A stretch of DNA of 64,000 nt from Cyanophora paradoxa CCMP329 (GCA_004431415.1 QPMI01000522.1:1-64000); one strand, 5' to 3'. Shown: positions 20,077-31,069, counted from the stretch's first letter. Notes: generated by a model from the sequence alone, not told the origin. Translations and numbers: made by a program.

Positions 20077-20677
20077 AACAAAAGGAAAGACCAAAGACGG
20101 TGAAAGCGTTGTTATCCATAATGGATTTTCGTATATTATCGAAAAGATCGATGAAACCACACTTACGATTTCTGACTATGCAGATGAGAGCATTATCATA
20201 GAGCTTCCTTATGATTCCATCAAATATTTCACGCTTCCCTACTCTACTGCGGGTCATGTTGCCCAAGGGGACACGATAAAAAATAAGCGGGTGGTTGTTT
20301 TCGAAGCGAATTCGACCCGTGTCAATAAGTATTGGTTGTGGGTCGCACTCACCCGCACGCCGTATTTGAAGGACACAGTGCTTTGCATTGATGAAAGTGA
20401 AAGCTATGATTTGAGCGCGTTCAAAAGCCGAATGCATCGATTAATTCCGGGATACAAGCAACAAGACCAGGAGGCAGAGCGACCTTATAACGAATTACTA
20501 TATGTTACTTACGAATGGATTAAGGATAGGTTTGGCATTCAAAATGGGCTATGTTGGAGATGTTACCTAATCATGGATTACGACGAAGTTTCGGTAGATC
20601 GTATTAATAATGCGGTCGCTCATGTGATCGGGAATATTTCCCTCTCTCATAATAACTGTAACTGTGCCGCGCAGTAA
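20057..20677 (+). pseudogene. C-terminal fragment of an SF1 (RecD/Pif1-like) helicase fused to an HNH-like domain
   Basis: The open frame extends upstream of 20291 to the stop at 20054, with no ATG start for the helicase part. It reads FTLPYSTAGHVAQGDTI (motif V), WLWVALTR (motif VI), then CWRC...SVDRINNAVAHVIGNISLSHNNCN (HNH). No Walker A/B. Confidence 0.75.
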
Positions 20678-21726
20678 TGGAAACCATCCTTTCATACAAG
20701 AAATACCGGCAGAAGTTGATAAATGATGGCGTGACCTTTGATGAATCAAAATTAAAACAACAGTTTGCAAACTCGGAACTACAACAAATTTTTAAGAAAC
20801 CAAAGAAACCTAAAACCTTTTTACGTATTGTAGCTAAGCCCCGTTCATTCCAAGTAGATATTATGTTTTTTAGAGGATTCCAAACAGCCAATAGAGGCAT
20901 AGGTAAGGCTCTTAGTTTTATTGAGATTCTGAGCCGAAAAGCATTCATTTACCCATTTAAAGAGTCTTCCGAAATTCCAGGCATTTTAGATAGGTTCAAG
21001 CGTGACGCAGGAAGAGTAATAGGATTAGCAGGCGATAATGAGTTTAGCAGTGCGGTTTATCGTGAATGGTGTAATGTAAATGGTGTAAGACTTTACACAG
21101 ATGTAGCAAAAGACGACCATGTAACAGTTGGTAATAAGTTGGGAATCATAGACAGATTCACACGAACATATAAGCAGCTTTTGAAAAAGGCGATGGTTGC
21201 AAAAGGGACAAGTAAATGGATAGAATTAATAGGAGAGGTTGTTTTAAACACTTATAATACATCTCCTCATTCTTCTTTGAAGAACGACACACCAAATAAC
21301 GTATATAGTAATGACCAAAAGCAATTATATATTTATTTACGTGACAAAGTGCATAATGACAGAGTAGAAGAGAAGGGTGATGTGAAACCGGGCGATACAG
21401 TTAGAGTGTTGGAACCAAAAGGAATATTTGATAAAGAAGGTGCAAGATTTAGTAAGAAGGTTTACACAATTGGTATGAAAGACTATAACAGATTCAAAGT
21501 ATTAGAAGATATAGACGGAGATGTAAAAGAAGTAAAGAGACGTTTTAAGAAGCAAGAATTACAGAAAGTGAAGAAAAATGAGATTATAAAAATTCCCGAT
21601 CAGAAACGAATAGAGAGGGTGAAGAAAACGAATAAAGTGAATGCGAAGTTAAAGAAAGAAGGAATAAAACCGAATCGAAAAGTGGTAGTGAGAAAGAAGT
21701 ATAATCTAAGAAGTAAAACGAAGTAA
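20677..21726 (+). CDS. rve integrase 2 (intact ORF)
   Basis: FQVDIMF, IEILSRKAFIYP, LAGDNEF, GIIDRFTRTYK, YNTSPHSSLKNDTP, GDTVRVL...FDKEGARFS, tail KYNLRS. Confidence 0.93.
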   Translation: METILSYKKYRQKLINDGVTFDESKLKQQFANSELQQIFKKPKKPKTFLRIVAKPRSFQVDIMFFRGFQTANRGIGKALSFIEILSRKAFIYPFKESSEIPGILDRFKRDAGRVIGLAGDNEFSSAVYREWCNVNGVRLYTDVAKDDHVTVGNKLGIIDRFTRTYKQLLKKAMVAKGTSKWIELIGEVVLNTYNTSPHSSLKNDTPNNVYSNDQKQLYIYLRDKVHNDRVEEKGDVKPGDTVRVLEPKGIFDKEGARFSKKVYTIGMKDYNRFKVLEDIDGDVKEVKRRFKKQELQKVKKNEIIKIPDQKRIERVKKTNKVNAKLKKEGIKPNRKVVVRKKYNLRSKTK

Positions 21727-22241
21727 AATGTAGCCATGGCGTGAATTATTTGTTTTTGTTACTGAATATCGTCGGAATGATAGGCGCGAATTGTTTTCAG
21801 TGGGCGATATGGATGAAATGTGTATGAAATGTGTCGGAATATCGTAAGGTGGTTTGATGAGTGAATTGTGTATTTCAGTGTGCGATATGGAGTGGTTGCT
21901 TACATGGTGGTTTGATGAGTGAATTGTGTATTTCAGTGGGAATTTCTCGATTAGAAATATGTATTTCAGTGGTTGCTTACAGAATATCGTAAGGTGATTT
22001 GATGTTTTTGTAGTGAATTGTGTATTTCAGTGTGCGATATGGATGAGAAATATGTATTTCAGTGGTTGCTTACAGAATATCGTAAGGTGATTTGATGTTT
22101 TTGTAGTGAATTGTGTATTTCAGTGGGAATTTCTCGATTAGAAATATGTATTTCAGTGGTTGCTTACAGAATATCGTAAGGAATCCCGATGTTTTTGTAG
22201 TATTCCGGGTTTTTTCGCCAATGTAGCCATGGCGTAATACT
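21727..22241. repeat. Terminal repeat mosaic, probable right TIR of element B
   Basis: Shuffled blocks (GTGAATTGTGTATTTCAGTG, GAAATATGTATTTCAGTGGTTGCTTACA, GAATATCGTAAGG) bracketed by a 16-bp direct repeat AATGTAGCCATGGCGT (21727-21742, 22220-22235); ends in TACT. Confidence 0.75.
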
Positions 22242-22286
22242 CGACTCTAGATCATACGTCTAGGCGCCCGGGCGCCGTCGGACTAG

Positions 22287-24163
22287 TTACTGCGGTGTCC
22301 CCTCCAGGCTAGCAGCCCCCTCCAGGGGAGGGGCGGCGGGGGGTACGCGTGCGTGCGGACCAGCGGTCGCAGATCCATATGAGGTAGGTGCAGGCGAGGA
22401 CGGTGAGCGTGAAGAGGACCATGAGGACGCGCCAGGGGTCCGCCACCATCGCGATCTTGAAGGCTGCCGGGGCGAGTTCGCGAGAGAGAAGAGGAAGAGA
22501 CGATAAGGGAGGGCGCGCCGACGAGGCTGTTGAGGCGGCAGTTGTGGCACCGCGCGACGTGCCGCGCCCGCGGCGTGAAGAGGTCCGACCGCAGGTACAG
22601 CAGCCTGCCCTCCGGCGTGCGAGTGAGGAGGGCGGGCGGGGGTACGGCGAGCTCGAAAGGGGGGTACACCGCGCGCGTGCCTGAGGAAGAGGTACGACTT
22701 GACGACGGTGAAGGAGCTGAGGGCCCCCTCGATGTAGAAGTACGCGTCTACCCCCACGCGCTGCTCGGGGGGGTACTGGGGGCGGGGCGCAGGGAGGGTA
22801 CGGACCGCCAAGGAAGGACACGGTGAAGGGGGGGCAGAAGACACAAAGGACGATGCTCTCCAGGGCGAGCTGCGGGGTACGGGATTCGGGCGGGCGGGGA
22901 TGTAGGCTGGGGAGGGGGGGGGAGGGGGGTACGATGCGCTTGCCTGGCGCAGGAGCCCGCTGGAGAGGAGAGTCGCGTCCTGAGGGGCGGAGAGTGGGGG
23001 GGGAGGAGACGTCAGGGAAGGGAAGAAGAAGGAGCGGGGGGTACGCAAGAATCTCGCCTGGGGTAGCAGGTTCAGGTTCCTGCTGAAGGCGACCCGCGCG
23101 CGAAAGTAGTTCCACGTTGCGACCACTGGGGACCGAGAGAGGCCGGGGGGTACGGGCTAAGCGGCGGGGGTACATGTGCAGGGGTTGCGATCGCGAGAGG
23201 CGCTCGCAGGCCGCCGATCACGAGGCCGTTTGCAAGCATGATGAGCTCCGCGGTAATGCTGCCGCCGGACTGGTCGAACCGGGTAGCGTAGCGGTACTCC
23301 GTCTGCGGGGAGGGGGTACCCAATTCAATCGGCGGGAGGGGGGGGCGAAGTTCTGGGAGGTACACGCACGAGGGTGATGGAGAGGACGAGGTCGCAGACG
23401 GCGAGAAAGCACTGCACGGCGCAGAGGCGCTGCATCCTGCGGGGCCGCGCGGCAGCGTGGCGCTCGGATGATTGACCGGGGGACAAGGGGCGGAAGGACG
23501 GTCTAGATCCAGAACCGCAGGGCCTAGGGCCGCAGGCGCACCGGTGCATAGTGGTCCGGAGAGCAATCGCCCCCGCCGCCCGGCGCGCGCTCAGCGAGGG
23601 CGCCGCCGGCCTCAGCGGGCTTCCGGCGGCGGCCCCGGCCGCGGAGGCGCCGCCGGGGCGCTTGTCGGGCGAGAGCCCCGCGCTTGAAGCCGAGGTCGCC
23701 GGGGCGAACATGTGGAACTCGTCCTCGAGGTGCATCCCGATGCGGTCCACCTGCGCTCGGGCGTCGGCCGCCGGCCGCTCGAGCGCTATAGCTCGCTCGA
23801 GCTCGGCAGGGAGAACTTGGGGCGGCCCGAGGCTCGGGCACCTTTAGGCGCGTCCAAGAGTCGAGATAGCTGGTTAGCGAGATCCATCCTTCCAAGAGGT
23901 TCGTGCTCACGCTCGAGCCTGCGCCCGCGCGAGCACCCGCGTCCGCTCAATTTACAACGACGCCGCTAAGGGCGCAGGACGGGCGCGGGCTCGAGCTCAC
24001 GGTCGCGGTACATGAACTGCTGGATCTCGTGCTCCCGTCGCGAAGGGCGCGGGGTCGCAGCTGCAGGGGTCTCGAGCTCCGAAGCCGATGCAGCGGCACC
24101 GGCACCATTGCGGGCTGCGCTCGTCGAGCCGCGTTCGAGGAGGGCCTCGCTGAGGCAGTCCAT
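22287..24163 (-). CDS. SK/KCNN-like potassium channel, S1-S5 part only (multi-exon; 5' end uncertain)
   Basis: Exon pieces TLLSSGLLRQ/LALESIVLCVFCPPF, VKSYLFLR/LLYLRSDLFTPRARHVARCHN and AFKIAMVADPWRVLMVLFTLTVLACTYLIWICDR resemble SK S3-S5. No TxGYG pore found. Confidence 0.6.
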
Positions 24164-24647
24164 CGCTTCGTCCGGTGCGTTGCGATGGCGATCGCTCGTC
24201 GCTGATCGCTGCAGCGGGGCGCGGCGAGCGCGCCGGTCTCCGGAGCTTCAAGGCTAGTTCAAGCTCGAGCTTGCGATTCGGTTACTTCAGCAGCCCTTCG
24301 GCAGATCTACTGGCGTACGTATACCGTGGTCCTGTCGAAACACACCCCGGCGGCCAGGCTGCTTTCTGTGCTGCTGCTTTCCAGCCCGAGACCAGTCCGG
24401 TAGGGCCGGGGTGCGTCAAAGCTCAAGCCTCGATCAAGCCGCCGCAGCTAGGCTTCAAAAAAAAGTAACTGAGTCCCCTTGCGCACGAAGTTGCCACGAA
24501 TCGTGGATCCTTCAAGTCTTCGACTTCGGCTTCGCCTGATCATGAACCCATGATTTACGCGTACGTGAAATTTCAAAGCTAACATTAACTCGCTGCCAAT
24601 TATAACCGAATACTGCGACGGCCCGGCCCGCCCGGGCCGCCCCCCCG

Positions 24648-26688
24648 CTACTGCTTCAGGGCGGCGATGATGGCGGCCGCTTGCTGCTGGAGGGCCCCCG
24701 CGAGCTGCGCCGCGAACGCCGCCTTCTCCTCCGCCACCGTCTGCGAAGCACTGGTTCGGATTCCGTTCCGGTCCGGCGCCGGTGTCGGACGATTCGGAAG
24801 CAGAGGCGGGCGGGCACCTTTTCGAACTCGGCGCCGGCCTTGATGCGCGCCCCCAGCGCCGCGTAGTCCGCCTGCAGCTGCCCGATCGTTTCCCGAAGGC
24901 CCGCCATCTCCGTCTGCCAGGAGGGTACGGGAAGGAAAGCGAGTCGGCCGGCTGTACCCCGGCCGGGCTCGAAGGGGGGTACGCGGCCGGCAGGCACCTT
25001 CTCCTCGGCGGAGCGAATGCGGGCGATCTGGAGCTCCCCCAGCGTCGCCTTCAGCTCCTCGCTCTTCGCCTGCGCACCGCGTGAGGGGAGGGGGGGATGG
25101 AGCCGGCGGGCGGTCCGTCGCGCACGGCCTCGCTCTGGCGGGCGGCGTCGAGCTCGGCCTGGAGCCGGTCGGTGCGGGCCTTCTCCTCCCGCAGCTCGAC
25201 GTCCAGCACGCCCCGCGCCGCCTCCGCCGCCGCCGCCCGCTCCCGCAGCTGCGCCGACTCCTCCCCCACTACTCCTGAAGCCGGCGCCCCCGCCGCCGCC
25301 TCGCGCAGCCGCCCGCACTCGGCCTCCGCCTTCGCGAGGCTCTTCTCGGCGGCGGCCGCCCGCGCCTCGGCCTCCGCCCTCCCCCGGATCTCCCCCTCGA
25401 GCTTCGCCTGGAGGCTCGCCGCCTGCTCCCGCAGCCTCCGCAGCTCGCCCTCGGAGGCGGCGCTCTCCGCGAGGCGCGCCCGCGCCGTGTCCAGCTCCGT
25501 GCGGAGCCTCCGGGCCTCCCCCGCGTCCTCCCCGGGCGCCCGGTGCACGCTCTGCGCGCTCGACGGCCGGCTCGTCGTGATCACCTGCGCGCCCCTTTGA
25601 GGACCGGGCGAGCGCGCGTACCCCCCGCCGAACGGACCGTCGCGGCGTGCTTGGCCATCTCGGACCGCAGCGACGAGAGCTCCTCCTTCATCCGCTGCGC
25701 GTCCGCCGCGCCCAGCTCGCTGCGCGCCGGCCGCTCAGCGGGGGGGTACGCCCGATTTCGCGGGAAGGGGGGTACGGCGCGCTTCTCGGTGGCGCGGGCG
25801 ATGGCGCGGGAGGCCTCCGCGCGGGCGGCGTCGACGTCGGCCCGCAGCTGCCGGTTCTCCCCTGCGCCGCCTCAGCGCCCGGGGCGGGAAAAGCCGGGGC
25901 GGGGCGGGGGGGCGGGCGGACCCTCGAGGGCGCCGCGGCGGGCGGCCTCCTTCGCGACGGCCTCCTGGGCCTGTGTGAGGAGGGCCTGGAGCTCCCAGGC
26001 CCGCCGCTCCGCCGCCTGCAGCTCCTCCTGCTTCGCGCCGCCGCCCCGCGAGTCGGTGCGGACGATGAGGAGCTCGTCCTGGAGGCGGTCGTTCAGCTGG
26101 AACGCCTTCTGCAGCTGCAGCTCGTAGCGCGTGCGCATGCTCGAGGCGTCCTCGATGCGGTCCATCATGTCCTCCAGCCGCTCCAGCATGATTTCCATCT
26201 CCCGCGCCAGCTCGCTCACCGTCCCGCCCCGCCTCGCCGCCGCCGTCCTCCGGCTGCGCGGGGCGCGTGCTTGTGTGAGTGGAAGAGGAGAGAAGGGAGA
26301 GGCGTGGCCGCGCGGTCGCGCACGCGGACCTTTTGACGAAGGTCATGTTTGCGGAGCTGCCGGCGTAGTCCGCGGCACTCAGAATGGCCGAGTAGAGTCG
26401 CGAGGGCTGCCGCGGGTCCGGCCCCGTCGCTGCTCGGGGCGGTGGGTGGGGGGGGCGCTCCCGGCGGCGGCGGACCAGGGGCGCCTCACCTGGTGCGCTC
26501 GGAGGCACTGGCACGTATCCGCCACCGTTCGCCGGTGCCGCTGTTGCTGCGGGGCTCTTCGCGCGCCCGTGGTTCTGCACGTCGGCGCTGTGCGGCCTCA
26601 GCTTCGACCTGGAGTCGTTGGCGGCGTCCCGGGGGCTCAGCGGCCCTCTGGGCAGAGGCGGGCCCTCGTAGTTTCGAGACTGATTCAT
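24648..26688 (-). CDS. Coiled-coil protein, multi-exon
   Basis: Heptad-rich exons (ELAREMEIMLERLEDMMDRIE..., EARRLRTELDTARARL...) ending QQQAAAIIAALKQ*. Confidence 0.6.
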
Positions 26689-27026
26689 TGGCCGTCGAGA
26701 AATCAGCGCTGCCGCTTTCAGGCCGCCAGAACTTGAAGTCTCAAATCGGCCAGCTTGGCTTAGCCAAACCGCCAGCGAAGGCTTAGCTATGGCAGCTGGC
26801 ACAGTTGGGATGCCAGGCCTGACTCCTCCTGCTACTACAAAGCGGCCAGCTGCAAACTGCAAGAGCCTGATCTACAACTTTGTGCGGCCACACGGCAGGC
26901 CGGCTTGGAGTGTAACTGTGGTCTCAAAGCGGGTGACAGTGTTGCTTTCGCTCGCTGTGAGGAGCTGAGAGGGCTCGCTTCGGCGATAAGCTTGGTTTGC
27001 TTATTGTACCCCTAGAGAGACAAAAA

Positions 27027-28666
27027 ATGCCGGCCGAAGCGCTTCCTCCTTCGGCGCCGGAAGCGGAGAAGCCTGAGAAGCCGACCAGCGATGCTAGCGA
27101 GGAGGAAGGCACGAGCTCCGTGAGCGAGGACGAGACGGGACCGATCTGTGACGTCTGCGGGGACAACGAGGCGAAGTACCGGTGCCCCGGCTGTGACATG
27201 AGGACCTGCAGCCTGCCTTGCGTGAAGCAGCACAAGGCGGACACGCAGTGCGACGGGAAGCGCAAGCGTACGGCCTTCATCCGCGGCGGCGACTTCGACG
27301 ACAACGCCTTGTACAGCGGTGAGCGTCCCGATGCCGCCAGCGCACGTTGCGTACGCCCCCGCTCACCAGGCTCCCCGCCCGCCGCCCCGCCGTCCGCGAT
27401 CGCCGCAGACTACGCCCTGCTGGAGGAGCTCAACCGCGCCCAGGAGACCGCGCACAGGACGCTGCGAGATCCGACGTTCCACGAACACCGCGCGGGCGCC
27501 CGGGCGGGACCGTCGCGGGGCCGCGGGGGGGGCCGCGGGGGCCGCCAGCAGCACGGGCCGGACCAGAACATGCAGAACCTCCCCATGCACCTACACCAGC
27601 TCGAGATCCAGGCGAGGAAACGCGGCGTACGGCTGCTATTCATGCCGCCTGGCATGCACCGCCGCAAGACCAACACAACCGCCTACAACAGCAAGCGCGC
27701 CCGGTCCCGCCAGCTGCAGGCGCCGCCGGCCGCCGCTGACCGCCGCGCAGGCGCCGCCTGATCCAGTGGCGCGTGGAGTGGGTCTTCGCAGCCGCCGGCT
27801 CCTCGCAGTACACGGACCGGTCCGCCGGCGCCGCCGCCCACGAAGCCCCGCCCCGCGCCGCGCCGCGCGCGGCCGAGCGGGCGGCCGCAGGATGGACGAG
27901 AACGTGACGCTGAAGGACGGCGTGGCTGCGTTCATCGCGGAGCGCGAGACGAACGCGCCGGTGCGGCAGCTCCTGCACGCGTACACCAAGGCCGGCCTGG
28001 ACTCCCTCCAGTTCTTCATCCTCCGCGACCGCTGCCCCGTGCGCGCGCCCCTCGCGCCCGGCCTTGTTTGAGGCTTCTGACGTCGAACAGGCGAGCCACC
28101 CGTCGTACGAGCGCCTGGAGGCCCATTACCCGATCGGCGGCGCGCTCGCGCGGCACACGATCATCGAGTACCCCACCCTCTACGTCGCGCACCCCGGCGA
28201 GCTGGAGCGGTACCCCACCGACCCGCCGCCGCCGCTGCCGCCGCGGGAGCCGCGCCGGCCGGCGGCCGCCGCCGGCGAGGAGGGCGAGGAGGGCGAGATC
28301 GAGGGGGAGGAGGAGGGCGAGCAGGAGGAGGAGGACGAGGACGAGGGTGTCGAGGACGTGGGCGATCTACCGGAGGCTGTCCTTGCGGAGCTGGGGCTCC
28401 TCCCGGACCCGAAGCGGCCCCGGACCGAGCCGGCGGCGGCGACCGCGGCGGCTGCCTCTGCATCGGCTTCCGCCGAGGCGGCGCCGCGGGGCCCGCTGGG
28501 CTTCTTCAGCAGCCCGGACGTCGAGGATGGGGAGGCGGCGCCCGCGGCCCCGGCGGCGGCGGCGGCGGCGGCTCAAAAGGAGGCCCTGCCGCCGCCGCAC
28601 CCGGCGTTCGCCCCCGCGCGGCGGGACGAGATGCCGCCCCCGCACCCCGCCTTCGGCCCGAGCCGC

Positions 28667-28697
<31 letters not shown>

Positions 28698-29628
28698 ACT
28701 GGAGGGGCGGCGGCCGAGGACGAGGACGAGGCCGAGGCGGCTGGGAGGACCGCGGCGGGCGCGGCGGGCGCGGCGGCTACGGCGACCGCGGCGGCGGCGG
28801 CGGCGGCTTCCGTGGCCGCGGGGGTACGGCGACCGCGGTGGGCGCGGGGGTACGGCGATCGTGGAGGGCGCGGCGGGCGCGGCGGCGGCGACAGGGGCGG
28901 TCGGGGCGGGTACCGCGGGGCCGCGGCGGGCGGGGCGGGTACGACGGCCCCGGCGAACGGTGGCACCACGGGGACGGTGAGGGTACGAGGACCGCGGGGA
29001 CCGCGGGGACCACGGGCCGCACCACCAGGAGGCGCCCCGGCCCCGCCGGCCCCGGCCCCGGCCCGGCCCCTGCGCCGGCGCAGCACCGGCCGCAGCAGGC
29101 GGCGCCCTCCTCCGCCCCGGGCTCCCTTCTGGGCCCTGGCCCTCCGGCCCCGGCTCCTCCGCGTCGCTCCTGGGGCCAGGCCCGTCGGCGCCCCGCCCGG
29201 CCCCGCCGCCCGCCCCGTCGGGCTCCCTGCTCGGCGAGGCGCCGGCGCCGGCCCCGCCGCCCTCGTCGTCTCGGGGCCTCCCGCCGCCCTTCGCCGGCTG
29301 GTCGCAGCCGGCGGCGCCGGCCTACTCGCCGTACGCGTCGCCCGTGCAGCAGCAGGCGCAGGCGATGCTCCACGCGCAGCCCCAGCACCACCACCAGCAC
29401 CACCACCACCAACACCACCACCAGCAGCAGCAGTACACGCAGCAGCAGCAGCAGCCGGCCTACTCGCCCTACGGCCCGCCCCCGCCCTCGCCGTACGGGC
29501 AGCACGGGCAGGCGTACCTGCCGCAGTCGCCGTACGGGCAGCCGCCGCCGCCGGGGCCGGGCATCGGGTACGGCGGGGCCTCGGCGGCCACGGCGGCCCT
29601 CCTGCAGGCTCGCTACGGCGGCTCCTAG
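27027..29628 (+). CDS. BCD1: Box C/D snoRNP assembly factor BCD1/ZNHIT6 (zf-HIT) with long low-complexity tail
   Basis: CDVCGDNEAKYRCPGCDMRTCSLPCVKQHK...CDGKR, DYALLEE, LFMPPGMHRRKTNTT, WRVEWVF, IIEYPTLYV. Confidence 0.9.
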
Positions 29629-29959
29629 CCCCGCCCCGCCCCGCCCACAGCCTATCGTGTACGCAGAGATGGCAGATTGTTAACGTCGACCATGTTGAAA
29701 GCATCGCTGATCAACTTCAACGCGTCACGGCGTACATGTGCATGCACACGAACACACGCTACCCAACCAATCTGTTGCGCGCGGGTTCTATCATGAGAGG
29801 TTCATGAGAGGTGTTCCCGTACAAGAAGCCGCCGCCGAGAACAAGTGCTTCGAGGGGAGAACTGCTGTTCGTGGACCCTGCGATGGGCAGGTGTCGAAGA
29901 AGAATGCGAGAGCGGTGTGCACGTATGGAAGAGTTGGGAGGTGGCGAACCGGTTGCCCT

Positions 29960-31020
29960 TCACGACAGATGCCCGCCAGCGCGTTGCCGTAGACGTCGTT
30001 GCCCTCGACCACGCCCCGCCCGTTCTCGTGCACATGGATGCCGTACTTCTTGCCGTCGTGTACCTTGTTGCCCCGCACGATGGGGTCCGCGCCGGTGTCG
30101 ATCGCAATGCCCGCCAGCGCGTTGCCGTAGACGTCGTTGCCCTCCACCGTGCCACGCCCGTTCTCAAACACGAGGATGCCGCACTGCTTGCCGTCGTGGA
30201 CCATGTTGCTCCGCACGATTGGGTCCGCACCGATGCCGATTTCGATGCCCCCCAGCGCGTTGCCGTAGACGTCGTTGCCCTCCACCGTGCCCCGCCCGTT
30301 CTTAAACACGAGGATGCCGCAGAGCTTGCCGTCGTGGACCGTGTTGCCCCGCACGATGGGGTCCGCGCCGGTGCAGATTTTGATGCCCGCCAGCGCGTTG
30401 CCGTAGACGTCGTTGCCCTCTGCGACGCCCTTGGCCGACCTTTGAAAAGCGACGCCACACCTACCACAGCCGTGCAGCACGTTTCCTATGCAGCACAGAA
30501 TTATCGTATTGGGGCGGGAGGCGGAAGTCGGGGGCGGAGGGCGCGGCGCCCACCGCGCAGCGTCGGGGCCGTCTCTGCGCCGTTGACTAAGATGCCGCTG
30601 TAGCGAGAGCTGGACACGTCGCAGCCCTCCAGAAGCACCCGGCTTCCATCCGTGATTTGCACCGCAGGAATACCGGTAATGGTTTCAGGGAAGTCCCTGA
30701 GACCGGCGCCCCGTATCGTAATGCCCTTCACGCTCGGCGCAGCGGGCCCCGCGCAGTGCAGCGCGACGCCTTGGTTGCACTCGAGGACGGCCTCCCGCGG
30801 CCCGACGATGTTCACGTCCTTCTCGAGCACCAGCTCCTCCTTGTACCTACGAGGAGGGATGTATTCGAGCTTTAGCGGGAGGCCCACCGGAGGCAGCGGA
30901 AGGACTTCGCATCTGCACCATCCAGGGTAAAGGCGAATTGTCTGACCAGGCGCGGCTCGCACGACTGCAGCCGCGATGCTCTCCCCTGGCCGCACGTGGA
31001 TTTCCCCCGTAACGGCCTGC
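29960..31020 (-). CDS. Right-handed parallel beta-helix (CASH/FBXO11-like) repeat exons; probably the 3' part of the TIR gene
   Basis: 46-aa (138-bp) repeats EGNDVYGNALAGIxIxxGADPIVRGNxVHDGKxxGIxVxxNGRGxV and a VRPGESIAAAV...PGxYKE cap; the first exon begins at a splice acceptor. Confidence 0.8.
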
Positions 31021-31069
31021 GCGCCACGAGAATCAGCCCATCACGAGAAATGCCCAGGGTAAAGAGAGA

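Larger units (their letters stand above)
19699..22241. mobile_element. Second Polinton-like element remnant, element B (helicase/HNH fragment, integrase, terminal repeat)
   Basis: Carries its own rve integrase and is less CpG-depleted than element A. A repeat mosaic ends in TAATACT at 22241, followed by an abrupt switch to GC-rich host DNA. Confidence 0.7.
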
